A stretch of 64,000 nucleotides of DNA from an uncultured Acidobacteriota bacterium (GCA_963698725.1 CAVORY010000011.1:446499-510498); one strand, 5' to 3'. Counted from the first letter of the stretch, positions 50,065 to 59,700 are shown. Notes: a model not told the origin generated them from the sequence alone. Translations and numbers: made by a program.

Positions 50065-51576
50065 CTACAGATCCCTCAGGCGCAGTACGCTGCGCTGCAG
50101 GTCGATCTCAACTTTGTACCTGCCGAGCAGGCTGTACCCCAGGATTCCGCCGATCTCGTAGCCGATCAGGACGCTGGGCGCCCGCAGGTTCAGGACGACG
50201 ACTGGCTGGTTCGGCATGCTGAGCGGGCCGAGCGCCAGGTGGACGCCCGGCAGCAGGTACGCCTCAGGGTCGGCGCCCGAGGCGCCGTACACCTTCAGCC
50301 GGATCCGCCGGCGGTCGTCCGGCGTGAACAGTCCGCGCGCCGTGCTCGTGCTGATCGAAATCGCCTCGCCGCCGGTGTCGATGATGAAGTTCGTGGGCGT
50401 GCCGTTCACCACCCCCTGCACGGTCGGGAGGCGGTGGTAGCGCAGCGGCATCTCCCTCGCCAGCGAGGCGTCCGGCAGCGGTTCGCCGATGTACAGCTTC
50501 CGGTGCCGGTAGTCGATCGTCATCGACAGGCCGAGCGCGAGCGGCGAGAAGCCGTCCATCTGGTCGGTCGGCAGGTCGCGCATCGACGGCGTCTTGACCA
50601 TGCACGGCAGGTTGAAGACCGTCATCGACCCGATCTCGAGCGACCGCAGCTTCCCGATCTTCAAACCCCGCAAGCCGGCCTCGCCGACGCCCGCCGTCAG
50701 CGTCTCGACCGTCGTCTGGATCTGGAACCGGCGCGCCGTCCGCTCGCTCAGGGCCGTGTGCTCGGCGCCGGTGTCGAGGGCGAAGTCGGCCGAGCGGCCG
50801 CCGTTGATCTTCCCCTTCACGATGACCTTGCCGTTCACCAGGCGGAAGTCGAGCACCTGGCGCTTCTCCCTTCCCTTCCACGCCATCTCGAACGGCACCA
50901 GGCCGTCGAACGATCGCAGGAACGCGATGTGGGTGCGGGCCCACTGCGATCGCTCGTACCGGTCGGCGCCCTTCAGCGTGTCGAGGTACTGGGTGTAGGC
51001 CGCCGCCGCGGCGTCATACCGGCGCATCCGCTCGTAGATGCTGCCGAGCGTGTGGCGAAGGTCGGACTCCCCAGGGGCGTCGCGCAACGCGGCGTGCAGT
51101 TCGTTCAGCGCCGGCTCGAACTGCCCCGTGGACGCCAGCGCCTTGGCGAGCCCGTGCCGCGCCCGCGCGTTGCCCGGCGAGAGCGACAGCGCGTCGCGGT
51201 AGGCCTTCTCGCCGTCATCGAACCGGCCCGACGCCCACAGCGCGTCGCCGGCCAGCGTCAGCGTGGCCGGGTCGATCGACCGGCTCCCTTCCAGCGACGC
51301 CAGGTGCGACGCAGCCACGCCGAACTCGGCCAGACGGAGCGCCGAGCGGACCACTCCCGCCCGCGCGCGATCGCGGATCGCCAGGTCCTCGCATCCCGTG
51401 GCGGCGAGGTACGTCCGGAGCGCCGTCCGATAGTCGGCGTGGTCGAACAGAATGTCGGCGAGCGAGATCTGCATCGTGGCGGTGGCCGCGCTCACCTGCC
51501 GGCTGGCGGTCGCGACCGGCAGCGAGAGGAGGCAGACACACGCGAGAGCGACGGCCAGACGGGGGCGAATGGTCAT
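50065..51576 (-). CDS. Secreted TPR protein with two retropepsin-like aspartyl protease domains
   Basis: Signal peptide and N-terminal TPR-like helices. Two DTG active-site motifs (FALDTGAEHTALS and FIIDTGGEAISIS). Confidence 0.75.
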   Translation of the reverse strand: MTIRPRLAVALACVCLLSLPVATASRQVSAATATMQISLADILFDHADYRTALRTYLAATGCEDLAIRDRARAGVVRSALRLAEFGVAASHLASLEGSRSIDPATLTLAGDALWASGRFDDGEKAYRDALSLSPGNARARHGLAKALASTGQFEPALNELHAALRDAPGESDLRHTLGSIYERMRRYDAAAAAYTQYLDTLKGADRYERSQWARTHIAFLRSFDGLVPFEMAWKGREKRQVLDFRLVNGKVIVKGKINGGRSADFALDTGAEHTALSERTARRFQIQTTVETLTAGVGEAGLRGLKIGKLRSLEIGSMTVFNLPCMVKTPSMRDLPTDQMDGFSPLALGLSMTIDYRHRKLYIGEPLPDASLAREMPLRYHRLPTVQGVVNGTPTNFIIDTGGEAISISTSTARGLFTPDDRRRIRLKVYGASGADPEAYLLPGVHLALGPLSMPNQPVVVLNLRAPSVLIGYEIGGILGYSLLGRYKVEIDLQRSVLRLRDL

Positions 51577-51593
51577 AGGAGCTCTCCGGGACG

Positions 51594-52055
51594 TTACCGC
51601 GCGTATGGTTCAATCGGAACGCCGTCGTACATCTCGTCGATGCGCATGATCTGCGACTCGCGGCCGTAGGTGCCCAGCTCGTAGTCCTCGCTCATGATCA
51701 GCGCCTTGACCGGCTTGGTCGGGCACGCCTCGGCGCACAGGCCGCAGAAGCTGCACCGCGAGAGATTGAAATCGAAATAGTCCAGCGTCTTCAGTTTCTG
51801 CCCGGGCTCTCGATGGCCTCCGAGCGAGATCAGATCGTCCGGGCACGCCTTCGCGCACTGATCACAGACGATACAAGTCTGCGCGCCGGTTCCAGGCTCG
51901 AGCTGGAGGCGGAGCAAGCCGCGGAACCGCGGCGCCGTCGGCCGCCGTTCCAGCGGGTACTGGAACGTGAACGCCGGCTCCGGAGTGTAGGTGAGCGTGA
52001 GCCACAGCCCCTTCAGGAGGTCCACGAGGAAGATCTTGCGCAGGAGTCTCGTCAT
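51594..52055 (-). CDS. nuoI: NuoI-like 2x[4Fe-4S] subunit (complex I subunit I family)
   Basis: YPLERRP...RFRG N-terminal pattern. CIVCDQCAKACP and CSFCGLCAEACP. Confidence 0.8.
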   Translation of the reverse strand: MTRLLRKIFLVDLLKGLWLTLTYTPEPAFTFQYPLERRPTAPRFRGLLRLQLEPGTGAQTCIVCDQCAKACPDDLISLGGHREPGQKLKTLDYFDFNLSRCSFCGLCAEACPTKPVKALIMSEDYELGTYGRESQIMRIDEMYDGVPIEPYAR

Positions 52056-52059
52056 CGCC

Positions 52060-52590
52060 CTACCCCTCCACCAGGACCGGCGTCGTCTCGCCGGACTTGA
52101 TCACCCGAGACTTGCGCAACACCGTGCCCTCGCGGCGGATCTTGTCCTGCAGCCGCATCAGGCCGTACAACAGCGCCTCCGGGCGAGGGGGGCACCCGGA
52201 GATGTACACGTCGACCGGCACCACCTTGTCGACGCCCTGCAGCACGCTGTAGGTCGGGAACGGCCCGCCCGCGTTCGCGCAGCTCCCCATCGAGATCACC
52301 CAGCGCGGTTCGGGCATCTGGTCGTACAGCCGCCGCAGCACCGGCGCCATCTTCTTGGTGACCGTGCCCGCCACGATCATCAGATCGGCCTGCCGCGGCG
52401 ACGCGCGGAACACTTCGGCGCCGAACCGCGCGATGTCGAAGCGGGGGCCGCCCGCCGCCATCATCTCGATGGCGCAGCACGCCAGGCCGAACCCCATCGG
52501 CCAGAGTGACGAGAGTCGTGCCCAGTTGAGGACCGCGTCGACGTTGGTAGTGATGATGTTGTCGGTGAATTGATGATCGATGAGACCCAT
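52060..52590 (-). CDS. nuoB: NuoB-like subunit (complex I 20-kDa / N2 cluster subunit family)
   Basis: [20 protein letters not shown] and [11 protein letters not shown] cluster N2 ligand motifs. Confidence 0.9.
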   Translation of the reverse strand: MGLIDHQFTDNIITTNVDAVLNWARLSSLWPMGFGLACCAIEMMAAGGPRFDIARFGAEVFRASPRQADLMIVAGTVTKKMAPVLRRLYDQMPEPRWVISMGSCANAGGPFPTYSVLQGVDKVVPVDVYISGCPPRPEALLYGLMRLQDKIRREGTVLRKSRVIKSGETTPVLVEG

Positions 52591-52603
52591 TCTGCCTCTC
52601 CCC

Positions 52604-52681
52604 AGCCGGCAGCGGGCAGCTGACAGCCGTCAGCGGATTCGGAGTGATCCGCTGGCAGCTGCCAGCTGACAGCTGCCAGCT
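52604..52681. repeat. GCTGNCA/TGNCAGC heptamer-built hairpin between ferredoxin and nuoB
   Basis: Left arm GCCGGCAGCGGGCAGCTGACAGCCGTCAGCGGA, loop TTCGGAGTGA, right arm TCCGCTGGCAGCTGCCAGCTGACAGCTGCCAGC. Confidence 0.9.
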
Positions 52682-52940
52682 ATTTCTTGTAGTACTCCGC
52701 GTTGATCTCGATGAAGCGCTTCCACTTCTCGGGCACCTCGTCGAGCGCGAAAATCGCCTCCACCGGGCACGCGGGGACGCACGCGCCGCAGTCGATGCAC
52801 TCGTCCGGGTGGATGTAGAGCATCTCCGCCGCCTCGAACCCCTCCTCGTTCTTCCGAGGGTGGATGCAGTCCACCGGGCAGACGTCCACGCAGGCGGTGT
52901 CCTTCGTCTTGATGCACGGCTCGGTGATGATGTACGCCAT
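52680..52940 (-). CDS. Ferredoxin (FdxA-like, 2 cluster motifs)
   Basis: 86 aa. CIKTKDTACVDVCPVDCIHP and CIDCGACVPACP. Confidence 0.9.
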   Translation of the reverse strand: MAYIITEPCIKTKDTACVDVCPVDCIHPRKNEEGFEAAEMLYIHPDECIDCGACVPACPVEAIFALDEVPEKWKRFIEINAEYYKK

Positions 52941-52962
52941 GATGCCCTCCGCCCCGCCGGCC

Positions 52963-53736
52963 CTACCTCACGCCCATCGCCACGGCAGAGAGATACCCCA
53001 GCCGCATCGACACATGGCGGGCCAGCTCCCACGCGCCCCGGTTGTGCACGCCGGCCAGCGCCCTGTCGTCCACACCCTGGCCACACACGCCAATCCGCGC
53101 CACCTCGTGCCCGGCGTAGTCGAATACCGGCGCGCACGTGCAGCCCACGCGCGAGGGACTCGCCACCGCCTGATCACCTTCTGCACCGGCGCCGGCACGG
53201 CGCACCAGATCGAGCCCGCGTGTCACGTCGCGCGCGTCGGACAAGCGCAGGCAACTGACTGCGAGCGATGGCGGCCTGCCGTTCCCCTCCGCGTACCGCA
53301 CGCAGTGCGACGGCATCTCGCGCCCGTAGTCCGCGCTCATCGCCACGTCGCCCGCCGTCGAACGCCGAACCGTCGTCACCTCGCCGGACGGCGGCACCGC
53401 CAGGAAGAGATCGCAGCCGGTCTGCGCCGCGTAGTCCCGCAGGACCGGATACGCGTGCATCCGAAGTTCCGAACGCCCCAGCATCCGGAAGGACAGGTCC
53501 AGCGTCTTCACGCCGAGGCTGTACCGCTGCGTTTCCGCGTCCTGGATGACGTAGCCGCGGCGCCTGAGTACCGCCAGCAGACGATGGACGCTCGGCCTGG
53601 GGAGTTTCAACGCCCGGCTCAGGTCGGATAGACTCATCCCGCCCGGCTCGAGCGACAGCGCCTCGCAGACGTCGAACGCCTTGTCGATCGACGTCACGGT
53701 GCCGGCGCCGCTATCGCGGTGGGCGTGGTCTGTCAC
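52963..53736 (-). CDS. IclR-family transcriptional regulator
   Basis: N-terminal wHTH (SIDKAFDVCEALS...MSLSDLSRALKLPRPSVHRLLAVL) and a C-terminal effector domain. Start uncertain (GTG 53736, no clear RBS). Confidence 0.75.
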   Translation of the reverse strand: MTDHAHRDSGAGTVTSIDKAFDVCEALSLEPGGMSLSDLSRALKLPRPSVHRLLAVLRRRGYVIQDAETQRYSLGVKTLDLSFRMLGRSELRMHAYPVLRDYAAQTGCDLFLAVPPSGEVTTVRRSTAGDVAMSADYGREMPSHCVRYAEGNGRPPSLAVSCLRLSDARDVTRGLDLVRRAGAGAEGDQAVASPSRVGCTCAPVFDYAGHEVARIGVCGQGVDDRALAGVHNRGAWELARHVSMRLGYLSAVAMGVR

Positions 53737-53752
53737 GGCTGGAGAGTCCAGT

Positions 53753-54307
53753 ATGCGGAATGGAGTTTCGTTCCTCAAACAGTATCCGCGAGGGCCACGG
53801 CTGTCAAGAACTTGCAGGGCGATCGCGCTCTCAGCGGCACTCCTGGCCTCGACCTCGCCCCGAATCGGGGACGCGGCGGTGGCCGCGGGCCAGAACGTCG
53901 ACCCGCCCGGCACGCCGGCCCCGGCGCTCGTCAGGCTGTTCACGCCCCTGCAGGCGCCCGCCGGGGCCTACACCGTGACCGTGTTGACCGACGGCATAGA
54001 GGCGGCGCTGGCGCTGGTGAAGACGGCCCTGGCCCCGAACGCTGCGGCCGGCGACCCGCCCGGGTCGTGGCAGGTCCAGCGAATGGACCCGCTCGAGGCG
54101 TTCGGCACGGCCGGCGCTTACGACCGGTCGAAGGTCGCCCGCCTGTACACCGGCCGCCGCGTGTCGGTCGTCCGCGGCCCCGTCGAGCGCGGCGGCAAGG
54201 TGGTCGCCGCCGTCACGCTCATCTCGCCGTACCCAGACCCTGCGCTCTCGCGGTTGGAGAAGGGGACATTGCTGATCCTGCTCCGCGTGGCTGGCAGCTT
54301 GCCTTGA
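53753..54307 (+). CDS. Hypothetical exported protein
   Basis: Strong G/C third-position bias in this frame. Signal-like AIALSAALLAST. Start uncertain. Confidence 0.5.
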   Translation: MRNGVSFLKQYPRGPRLSRTCRAIALSAALLASTSPRIGDAAVAAGQNVDPPGTPAPALVRLFTPLQAPAGAYTVTVLTDGIEAALALVKTALAPNAAAGDPPGSWQVQRMDPLEAFGTAGAYDRSKVARLYTGRRVSVVRGPVERGGKVVAAVTLISPYPDPALSRLEKGTLLILLRVAGSLP

Positions 54308-54422
54308 GCGAGCGCCCTTCGATGAACTCCGGGCGGCCCGAGCCTGTCGAGGGCCGAAGCGAGTCGCAGGGTAGGCAGTAGGCGGCGACTCCCGCCGCCA
54401 TGCCCCGTGAGCCGCCGGCCGC

Positions 54423-54658
54423 CGCGTCGGCCCGGTGCGGGCGCCCCGCTCGCCGGACTCCGGGCGGCTGCGCGGCAAACCCGCTCTCCGGCCCTTGTCG
54501 GCCGCTCGCCGCGGGGGTCGCGCGGTCTGATCCGCGTGCGTGATCGCGCTCTACCCCGCTGGGGCCCACCGCCTGCGAGCGTGTTTGCGAACTGACGCCG
54601 AGGCGCTTGCCGCCAGTCGCCGGTCTCGCGAGGCATCCCGCACCCGCCCGCCGCGGCG
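54423..54658. repeat. 236-bp dispersed repeat module, copy 1
   Basis: About 96% identical by eye to 59701-59936 in the same orientation. Contains the hairpin GCGCGGTC...GATCGCGC. Confidence 0.9.
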
Positions 54659-54946
54659 GCCGTCGGCCGCTGCACCGCTCGGCGGCGAACGGTGGCGTCC
54701 GCCTGGACAGGACCCGAACAGCGGAAGCCCGGTCGGGTCCGGCACGGACCTCCCGCCACGGGCAGCCGCGCACACGACGAGCGGCCTCACGCCGCCATAC
54801 CCCGTGAGCCCTGCCCTTCGACTCGGTCGCGTCGCGGCCTCGCTCAGGGCACCCCGAGCGAAGTCGAGGGGTGAGCCGTGAGCCCATAGCCCTCGGAGCC
54901 CCGCGTGCTATCATTTTGGTTTGCGGCCGAGCGCCGCTCAGAGCAC

Positions 54947-55855
54947 ATGGCGACCCCCATTCCCCTCGTCCGCAGGCCCGCCCAGAAGCCCGACTGGCTG
55001 AAGGTGAAGGCGCCCGGCTCGCCTCGCTACATCCAGCTCAAGCGGATGATCGGGGACCTCAGCCTCAACACCGTCTGCGAGGAGGCGCACTGCCCGAACA
55101 TCGGCGAGTGCTGGCACCACGGTACCGCGACGTTCATGCTCCTGGGCGACGTCTGCACGCGTAACTGCCCCTTCTGCGCCGTCGCGCACGGCCGCCCCGA
55201 CCCGCTCGACCCGGGCGAACCCGCCCGCGTGGCCGCCGCCGCCGAGCAGATGCAGCTGCGCTACGTCGTGCTCACGTCGGTCGATCGCGACGACCTGGCC
55301 GACGGCGGGGCGTCGGGCTTCGCCGCCACGATTACCGAGATCCGCCAGCGCCTGCCCTCGTGCCGGATCGAAGTCCTGATCCCCGACTTCCAGGGGAAAG
55401 AGGCGCCGCTCCACGCCGTGCTCGACGCCGGCCCCGACATCCTGAACCACAACACCGAGACCGTCCCGCGCCTCTACCGCACGGCGCGCCCGGGCGGCCG
55501 CTACCCGCGCACGCTCGAACTGCTCGACCGCGCGCGCACCTACGCCCCGAACATCCCGACCAAGTCCGGCCTGATGGTCGGCATCGGCGAGGAATGGGAC
55601 GAACTGGTGGCGACACTGGCCGATCTCCGATCGGTCGGCTGCGGCATCCTCACCATCGGGCAGTACCTGAGCCCCTCGGCCTCCCACCTGCCCGTGGCGC
55701 GCTACTATCATCCCGACGAGTTCGAGGCGCTGAAGGCCACCGCGCTCAGCATGGGCTTCGGGCACGTCGAGTCGGGCCCGCTGGTCCGGTCCTCCTATCA
55801 CGCGCACCAGCAGGCCGACGCCTACGACGAATCCACAGGGGTTGCGCACGCATGA
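54947..55855 (+). CDS. lipA: Lipoyl synthase
   Basis: CEEAHCPNIGECW auxiliary-cluster motif and the radical-SAM motif CTRNCPFC. Confidence 0.95.
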   Translation: MATPIPLVRRPAQKPDWLKVKAPGSPRYIQLKRMIGDLSLNTVCEEAHCPNIGECWHHGTATFMLLGDVCTRNCPFCAVAHGRPDPLDPGEPARVAAAAEQMQLRYVVLTSVDRDDLADGGASGFAATITEIRQRLPSCRIEVLIPDFQGKEAPLHAVLDAGPDILNHNTETVPRLYRTARPGGRYPRTLELLDRARTYAPNIPTKSGLMVGIGEEWDELVATLADLRSVGCGILTIGQYLSPSASHLPVARYYHPDEFEALKATALSMGFGHVESGPLVRSSYHAHQQADAYDESTGVAHA

Positions 55856-56865
55856 ACGATCCACTCGCCCCGCTGTCGCATGAGGCGCAGGTCGGACTCC
55901 TCCGGAAGATGCTCCTCGGCCGCCGGTTCGAAGAGCGCTGCGCCGAGATGTACGCGATGCAGAAGATCGGCGGGTTCTGCCACCTGGCGATCGGCCAGGA
56001 GGCGATCTCGGTCGGCGCGTTGTCGACGCTCGAGCCCGGCGATGCGATTTTCTGCTCGTATCGCGACCACGTGCACGCCCTCACCAAGGGCGCCGACCCC
56101 GGGCGGGTGATGGCCGAGCTCTTCGGCCGAGACACCGGCCTCTCGCGCGGCAAGGGCGGGTCGATGCACCTGTTCGACAAGGAGCACGGCATGCTCGGCG
56201 GCCACGCGATCGTGGGCGGCCACATCCCGCTCGCGACCGGCGTCGCGTTCGCGGCCAAGTACGAAGGGCGCCCGCAGGTGGTGCTGTGCTTCTTCGGCGA
56301 GGCGGCCGTCAACATCGGCGCGTTCCACGAGTCGCTGAACATGGCGGCCCTCTGGAAGCTCCCCTGCATCTACATCGTCGAGAACAACCGGTACGGGATG
56401 GGGACCGCCATCGAGCGCGCGTCGGCCCTCTACGACATCGCGGCGCGCGCGTGCGCGTACGACATGGCCAGCGAAACGGTGGACGGCATGGACGTCCTGG
56501 CCGTGCGCGAGGTCGTCGGCCGCGCCGTCGCCCTCGCGCGGCGCGAAAGCGCGCCGACGCTGATCGACGCCCGGTGCTACCGATTCATGGGCCATTCGAT
56601 GTCCGACCCGGTGCACGGCCACTACCGCACGCGGGAGGAAGTCGAGGCGCAGAAGACGAAGGACCCGGTGCGGACCTACTACCAGCGACTCGTCGACCAG
56701 GGGCTCCTCGACCCGGCCGGCCTGGAGCGGATGGACGCGGACGTGCGCACGATCGTCGACGCGGCGGTCGAGTTCGCCGAGGCGAGCCCCGAACCGGCCG
56801 ACAGCGCGCTGTTCGAGGATGTCTACAGCCAGCCGTACGGACCGTATACGAGGAGCCAGCCTTAG
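55852..56865 (+). CDS. pdhA: Pyruvate/2-oxoacid dehydrogenase E1 alpha subunit
   Basis: ATGA overlap with lipA. GFCHLAIGQEA and the ThDP motif GEAAVNIGAFHESLNMAALWKLPCIYIVENN. Confidence 0.9.
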   Translation: MNDPLAPLSHEAQVGLLRKMLLGRRFEERCAEMYAMQKIGGFCHLAIGQEAISVGALSTLEPGDAIFCSYRDHVHALTKGADPGRVMAELFGRDTGLSRGKGGSMHLFDKEHGMLGGHAIVGGHIPLATGVAFAAKYEGRPQVVLCFFGEAAVNIGAFHESLNMAALWKLPCIYIVENNRYGMGTAIERASALYDIAARACAYDMASETVDGMDVLAVREVVGRAVALARRESAPTLIDARCYRFMGHSMSDPVHGHYRTREEVEAQKTKDPVRTYYQRLVDQGLLDPAGLERMDADVRTIVDAAVEFAEASPEPADSALFEDVYSQPYGPYTRSQP

Positions 56866-56945
56866 CTGGCAGCTGTTAGCTGGCAGCTGGCAGCGGACTA
56901 ACGCGTGACTCCGTCCCAGGCCATGAGCCGTGAGCCGTGAGCGGG
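56864..56945. repeat. Two heptamer blocks: GCTGGCA-type (56864-56897), then TGAGCCG-type (56921-56945)
   Basis: TAGCTGG CAGCTGT TAGCTGG CAGCTGG CAGC ... GCCATGA GCCGTGA GCCGTGA GC. Confidence 0.85.
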
Positions 56946-56970
56946 CGCCGATTCGAAGTCGAAGACATCT

Positions 56971-57951
56971 ATGGCACTGATAACCTACCGCGAGGCGCTG
57001 ACCCAGGCGCTGGCCGAGGAGATGCGGCGCGACCCAAAGGTCTTCCTCATGGGCGAGGAGGTCGGCGTTTACCAGGGCGCGTACAAGGTCAGCCGCGGCC
57101 TGCTGCAGGAGTTCGGCCCGCGCCGCGTCATCGACACGCCCATCACCGAGGAAGGCTTCGCCGGCGTCGGCGTCGGTGCCGCGATGGTCGGGCTGCGGCC
57201 CGTCATCGAGATGATGACGTGGAACTTCTCGATGCTGGCGATGGACCAGATCATCAACGGCGCCGCGAAGATGCTCTACATGTCGGGCGGCCAGTTCACG
57301 ATCCCGATCGTCGTGCGCGGGCCGGGCGGCGCGGCGCACCAGCTGGCAGCCCAGCACTCGCAGGCGCTCGAGTCGTGGTACGCGCACGTCCCGGGCCTGA
57401 AGGTCGTCGCTCCCGCGACGCCGTACGACGCCAAGGGCCTGCTGAAGGCGGCCATCCGAGACGACGACCCGGTGATCTTCTGCGAGGGCGAGACGCTCTA
57501 CGGGTCGAAGGGCGAGGTGCCCGAAGGCGATTATGTCGTCCCGATCGGCGTGGCCGACGTCAAGCGCGAGGGCACCGACGTCACCATCGTCGCCTGGTCG
57601 AAGATGGTGAACGTGGCGCTGAAGGCGGCCGATGCTCTGGCCGCCGAAGGCGTGTCGTGCGAGATCGTGGATCTGCGCACGCTGCGCCCGCTCGACGAGG
57701 AGCCGATCCTCGCCTCGGTGCGCAAGACCAACCGCTGCGTCGTCGTCGAGGAAGGGTGGGAGTACGCCGGCGTCGGCGCGCAGCTGGCGTATCTGATTCA
57801 CCGCGACGCGTTCGGCGACCTCGATGCCCCGGTGACGCGGGTGACCGGCGCCGATGTCCCGATGCCCTACGCGAAGAACCTGGAGCACCTGGCGATGCCC
57901 TCCGCCGCGCGCGTCGTGGCGGCGGTCAAAGAGGTGCTGTATATCGAATAG
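56971..57951 (+). CDS. pdhB: Pyruvate/2-oxoacid dehydrogenase E1 beta subunit
   Basis: Transketolase-like Pyr and C-terminal domains ([13 protein letters not shown]..., IVRGPGG). Confidence 0.9.
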   Translation: MALITYREALTQALAEEMRRDPKVFLMGEEVGVYQGAYKVSRGLLQEFGPRRVIDTPITEEGFAGVGVGAAMVGLRPVIEMMTWNFSMLAMDQIINGAAKMLYMSGGQFTIPIVVRGPGGAAHQLAAQHSQALESWYAHVPGLKVVAPATPYDAKGLLKAAIRDDDPVIFCEGETLYGSKGEVPEGDYVVPIGVADVKREGTDVTIVAWSKMVNVALKAADALAAEGVSCEIVDLRTLRPLDEEPILASVRKTNRCVVVEEGWEYAGVGAQLAYLIHRDAFGDLDAPVTRVTGADVPMPYAKNLEHLAMPSAARVVAAVKEVLYIE

Positions 57952-58024
57952 GGAAGAGGATTGAGGAGCGAGGGGCGAGGGCCTATCCCGTCCCTCGTTC
58001 CTCGTTCCTCATCCCTCGTCCCTA
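57951..58024. repeat. Heptamer-built hairpin of a third sequence type (GAGGNNC facing CCTCGTY)
   Basis: Left arm GGGAAGAGGATTGAGGAGCGAGGGGCGAGGG. Right arm CCCTCGT TCCTCGT TCCTCAT CCCTCGT CCC. Confidence 0.9.
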
Positions 58025-58040
58025 TTGTGAGGAACGACCT

Positions 58041-59303
58041 ATGGCTTCCCGCGTCGTGATGCCGAAGTTGAGCGACACCATGGAGGAGGGCAAGATCCTC
58101 CGCTGGTTGAAACAGGAAGGCGACCGGGTCGAAACCGGCCAGACGCTCGCCGAGGTGGAAACCGACAAGGCCACCGTCGAGATGGAGGCCTACACCAACG
58201 GCGTCATCAGGAAGATCGTGGCAGCGCCGGGCGACACGGTGAAGATCGGCGCGCTCATCGCGGTCATCGGCGCTCCGGACGAGGATGTCTCGGCGCTTCT
58301 CGAGACGCCGGCTCCGGCACCATCACGTGTGACACCGCCGCAGGCCGCAAGCCGCCAGCCCGCCTCCGCCTTTGAGGCTACGGCGGGCAAGCCGCAAGCC
58401 ACACCCCGCGAGCCCGCCTCCGCCTTCGAGGCTACGGCGGGCAAGCCGCAAGCCGCAGGAGGCCGCGCCCTTCGCGCTTCGCCGCTCGCGCTTCGAATGG
58501 CCGCCGAATCGGGCATCAACCTCGGCGCGCTCCAGGGCACGGGGCCGCAGGGCCGCGTCATCAAGCGCGACATCGAAGCCGCGCTCGCCGCCGCTGCCGC
58601 GCCGGCGCCGCCGGCCGCACAACCGGTCGGCGACGTGCAGGAGTTCGAGCTGTCGTCGATGCGGCGGACCATTGCGAAACGCCTGGTCCAGAGCAAGGCG
58701 CCGGTTCCCCACTTCTACCTGACGGTGGACGCCGCGGTCGATCGCCTGTGGGAGGCCTACCGCGCCCTTCGCGAGGAGAACTACCCGATCTCGCTCAACG
58801 ACGTCATCATCAAGGCCGCGGCCGTGGCGCTGCGCAGGCACCCCGAGATGAACGCGTCGTTTGCCGGCGATCACGTCAAGCAGTATTCGCACGTGCACAT
58901 CGGTGTCGCCGTGGCGATTGACGATGGTCTGATCACGCCGGTGATTCGCGACGCCGACACGAAGTCGCTGGCCGACATCGCGTCGGAGGCCAAGGCGCTG
59001 GCCGAGCGCGCCCGCAGCCGCCGCCTGCAGCCGAACGAGTACACCGGCGCGACGTTCTCGATCTCCAACCTCGGCATGATGGGCATCGACGAGTTCTCGG
59101 CCATCATCAACCCGCCCGAGGCGGCGATCCTCGCCGTCGGCGCGGTACGCGAAGTGCCGGTGGTCGAGGGGGGACAGGTGAAGGCCGGCCGCCGCATGAA
59201 GCTCACGCTGTCGGTCGATCACCGCGTCGCCGACGGCGCCCAGGCCGCGCGCTTCCTCGGCACGCTCCGCCGAATGCTCGAAAATCCGCTGCTGCTGGGC
59301 TGA
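58041..59303 (+). CDS. pdhC: Dihydrolipoamide acetyltransferase E2
   Basis: Lipoyl domain (EVETDKATVEMEA), PSBD (ASPLALRMAAESGINL) and catalytic DHRVADG. The linker carries a 54-bp tandem duplication. Confidence 0.9.
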   Translation: MASRVVMPKLSDTMEEGKILRWLKQEGDRVETGQTLAEVETDKATVEMEAYTNGVIRKIVAAPGDTVKIGALIAVIGAPDEDVSALLETPAPAPSRVTPPQAASRQPASAFEATAGKPQATPREPASAFEATAGKPQAAGGRALRASPLALRMAAESGINLGALQGTGPQGRVIKRDIEAALAAAAAPAPPAAQPVGDVQEFELSSMRRTIAKRLVQSKAPVPHFYLTVDAAVDRLWEAYRALREENYPISLNDVIIKAAAVALRRHPEMNASFAGDHVKQYSHVHIGVAVAIDDGLITPVIRDADTKSLADIASEAKALAERARSRRLQPNEYTGATFSISNLGMMGIDEFSAIINPPEAAILAVGAVREVPVVEGGQVKAGRRMKLTLSVDHRVADGAQAARFLGTLRRMLENPLLLG

Positions 59304-59700
59304 CCGCTCGAAGCGCGAGACGGCGCCTGCCCCTCGCGCCCGGCCCCGCGGCCGATGAGACGGCAGTCGTGGCCCCGCCGCCGACCGGTGCAGCGGCCGA
59401 CGGGCGCCGGGGGATGCCTGCTCGAGCGAACATGCGACCGCCTTCGCGCGAGGCTTCGGCGGTCCGCCGATAGCCTGGGCGGAGGCGGAGCCTGCCGTCG
59501 GTCGAATGCACAGCCCGGCACCGCAGGTTCAGACTTGCCCGGAGGCTGTCTGACCGATGCCGACTGGCTCACGAGAGACCCACCGACCGAGGATGCCGGG
59601 CTCGGCGCTGTCGAGCGTTCGCGAGAGCGGGCGCCCACGACGACCGGCGGCTCACGACCGGGCGACCGCAAGCCGGCTCGAGTGCCGGCCTGACCGTCGA

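Noticed and set aside
54500-54570. tRNA-like fragment inside the 236-bp module (reverse strand reads GCGGGGTAGAGCGCGATCACGCACGCGGATC...)
   Set aside because: It resembles a D-arm/anticodon-arm stretch. However there is no T-arm (GGTTCGAATCC-like), no acceptor pairing, and the would-be anticodon loop lacks U33. At most it is a decayed tRNA-derived repeat, not a tRNA gene.
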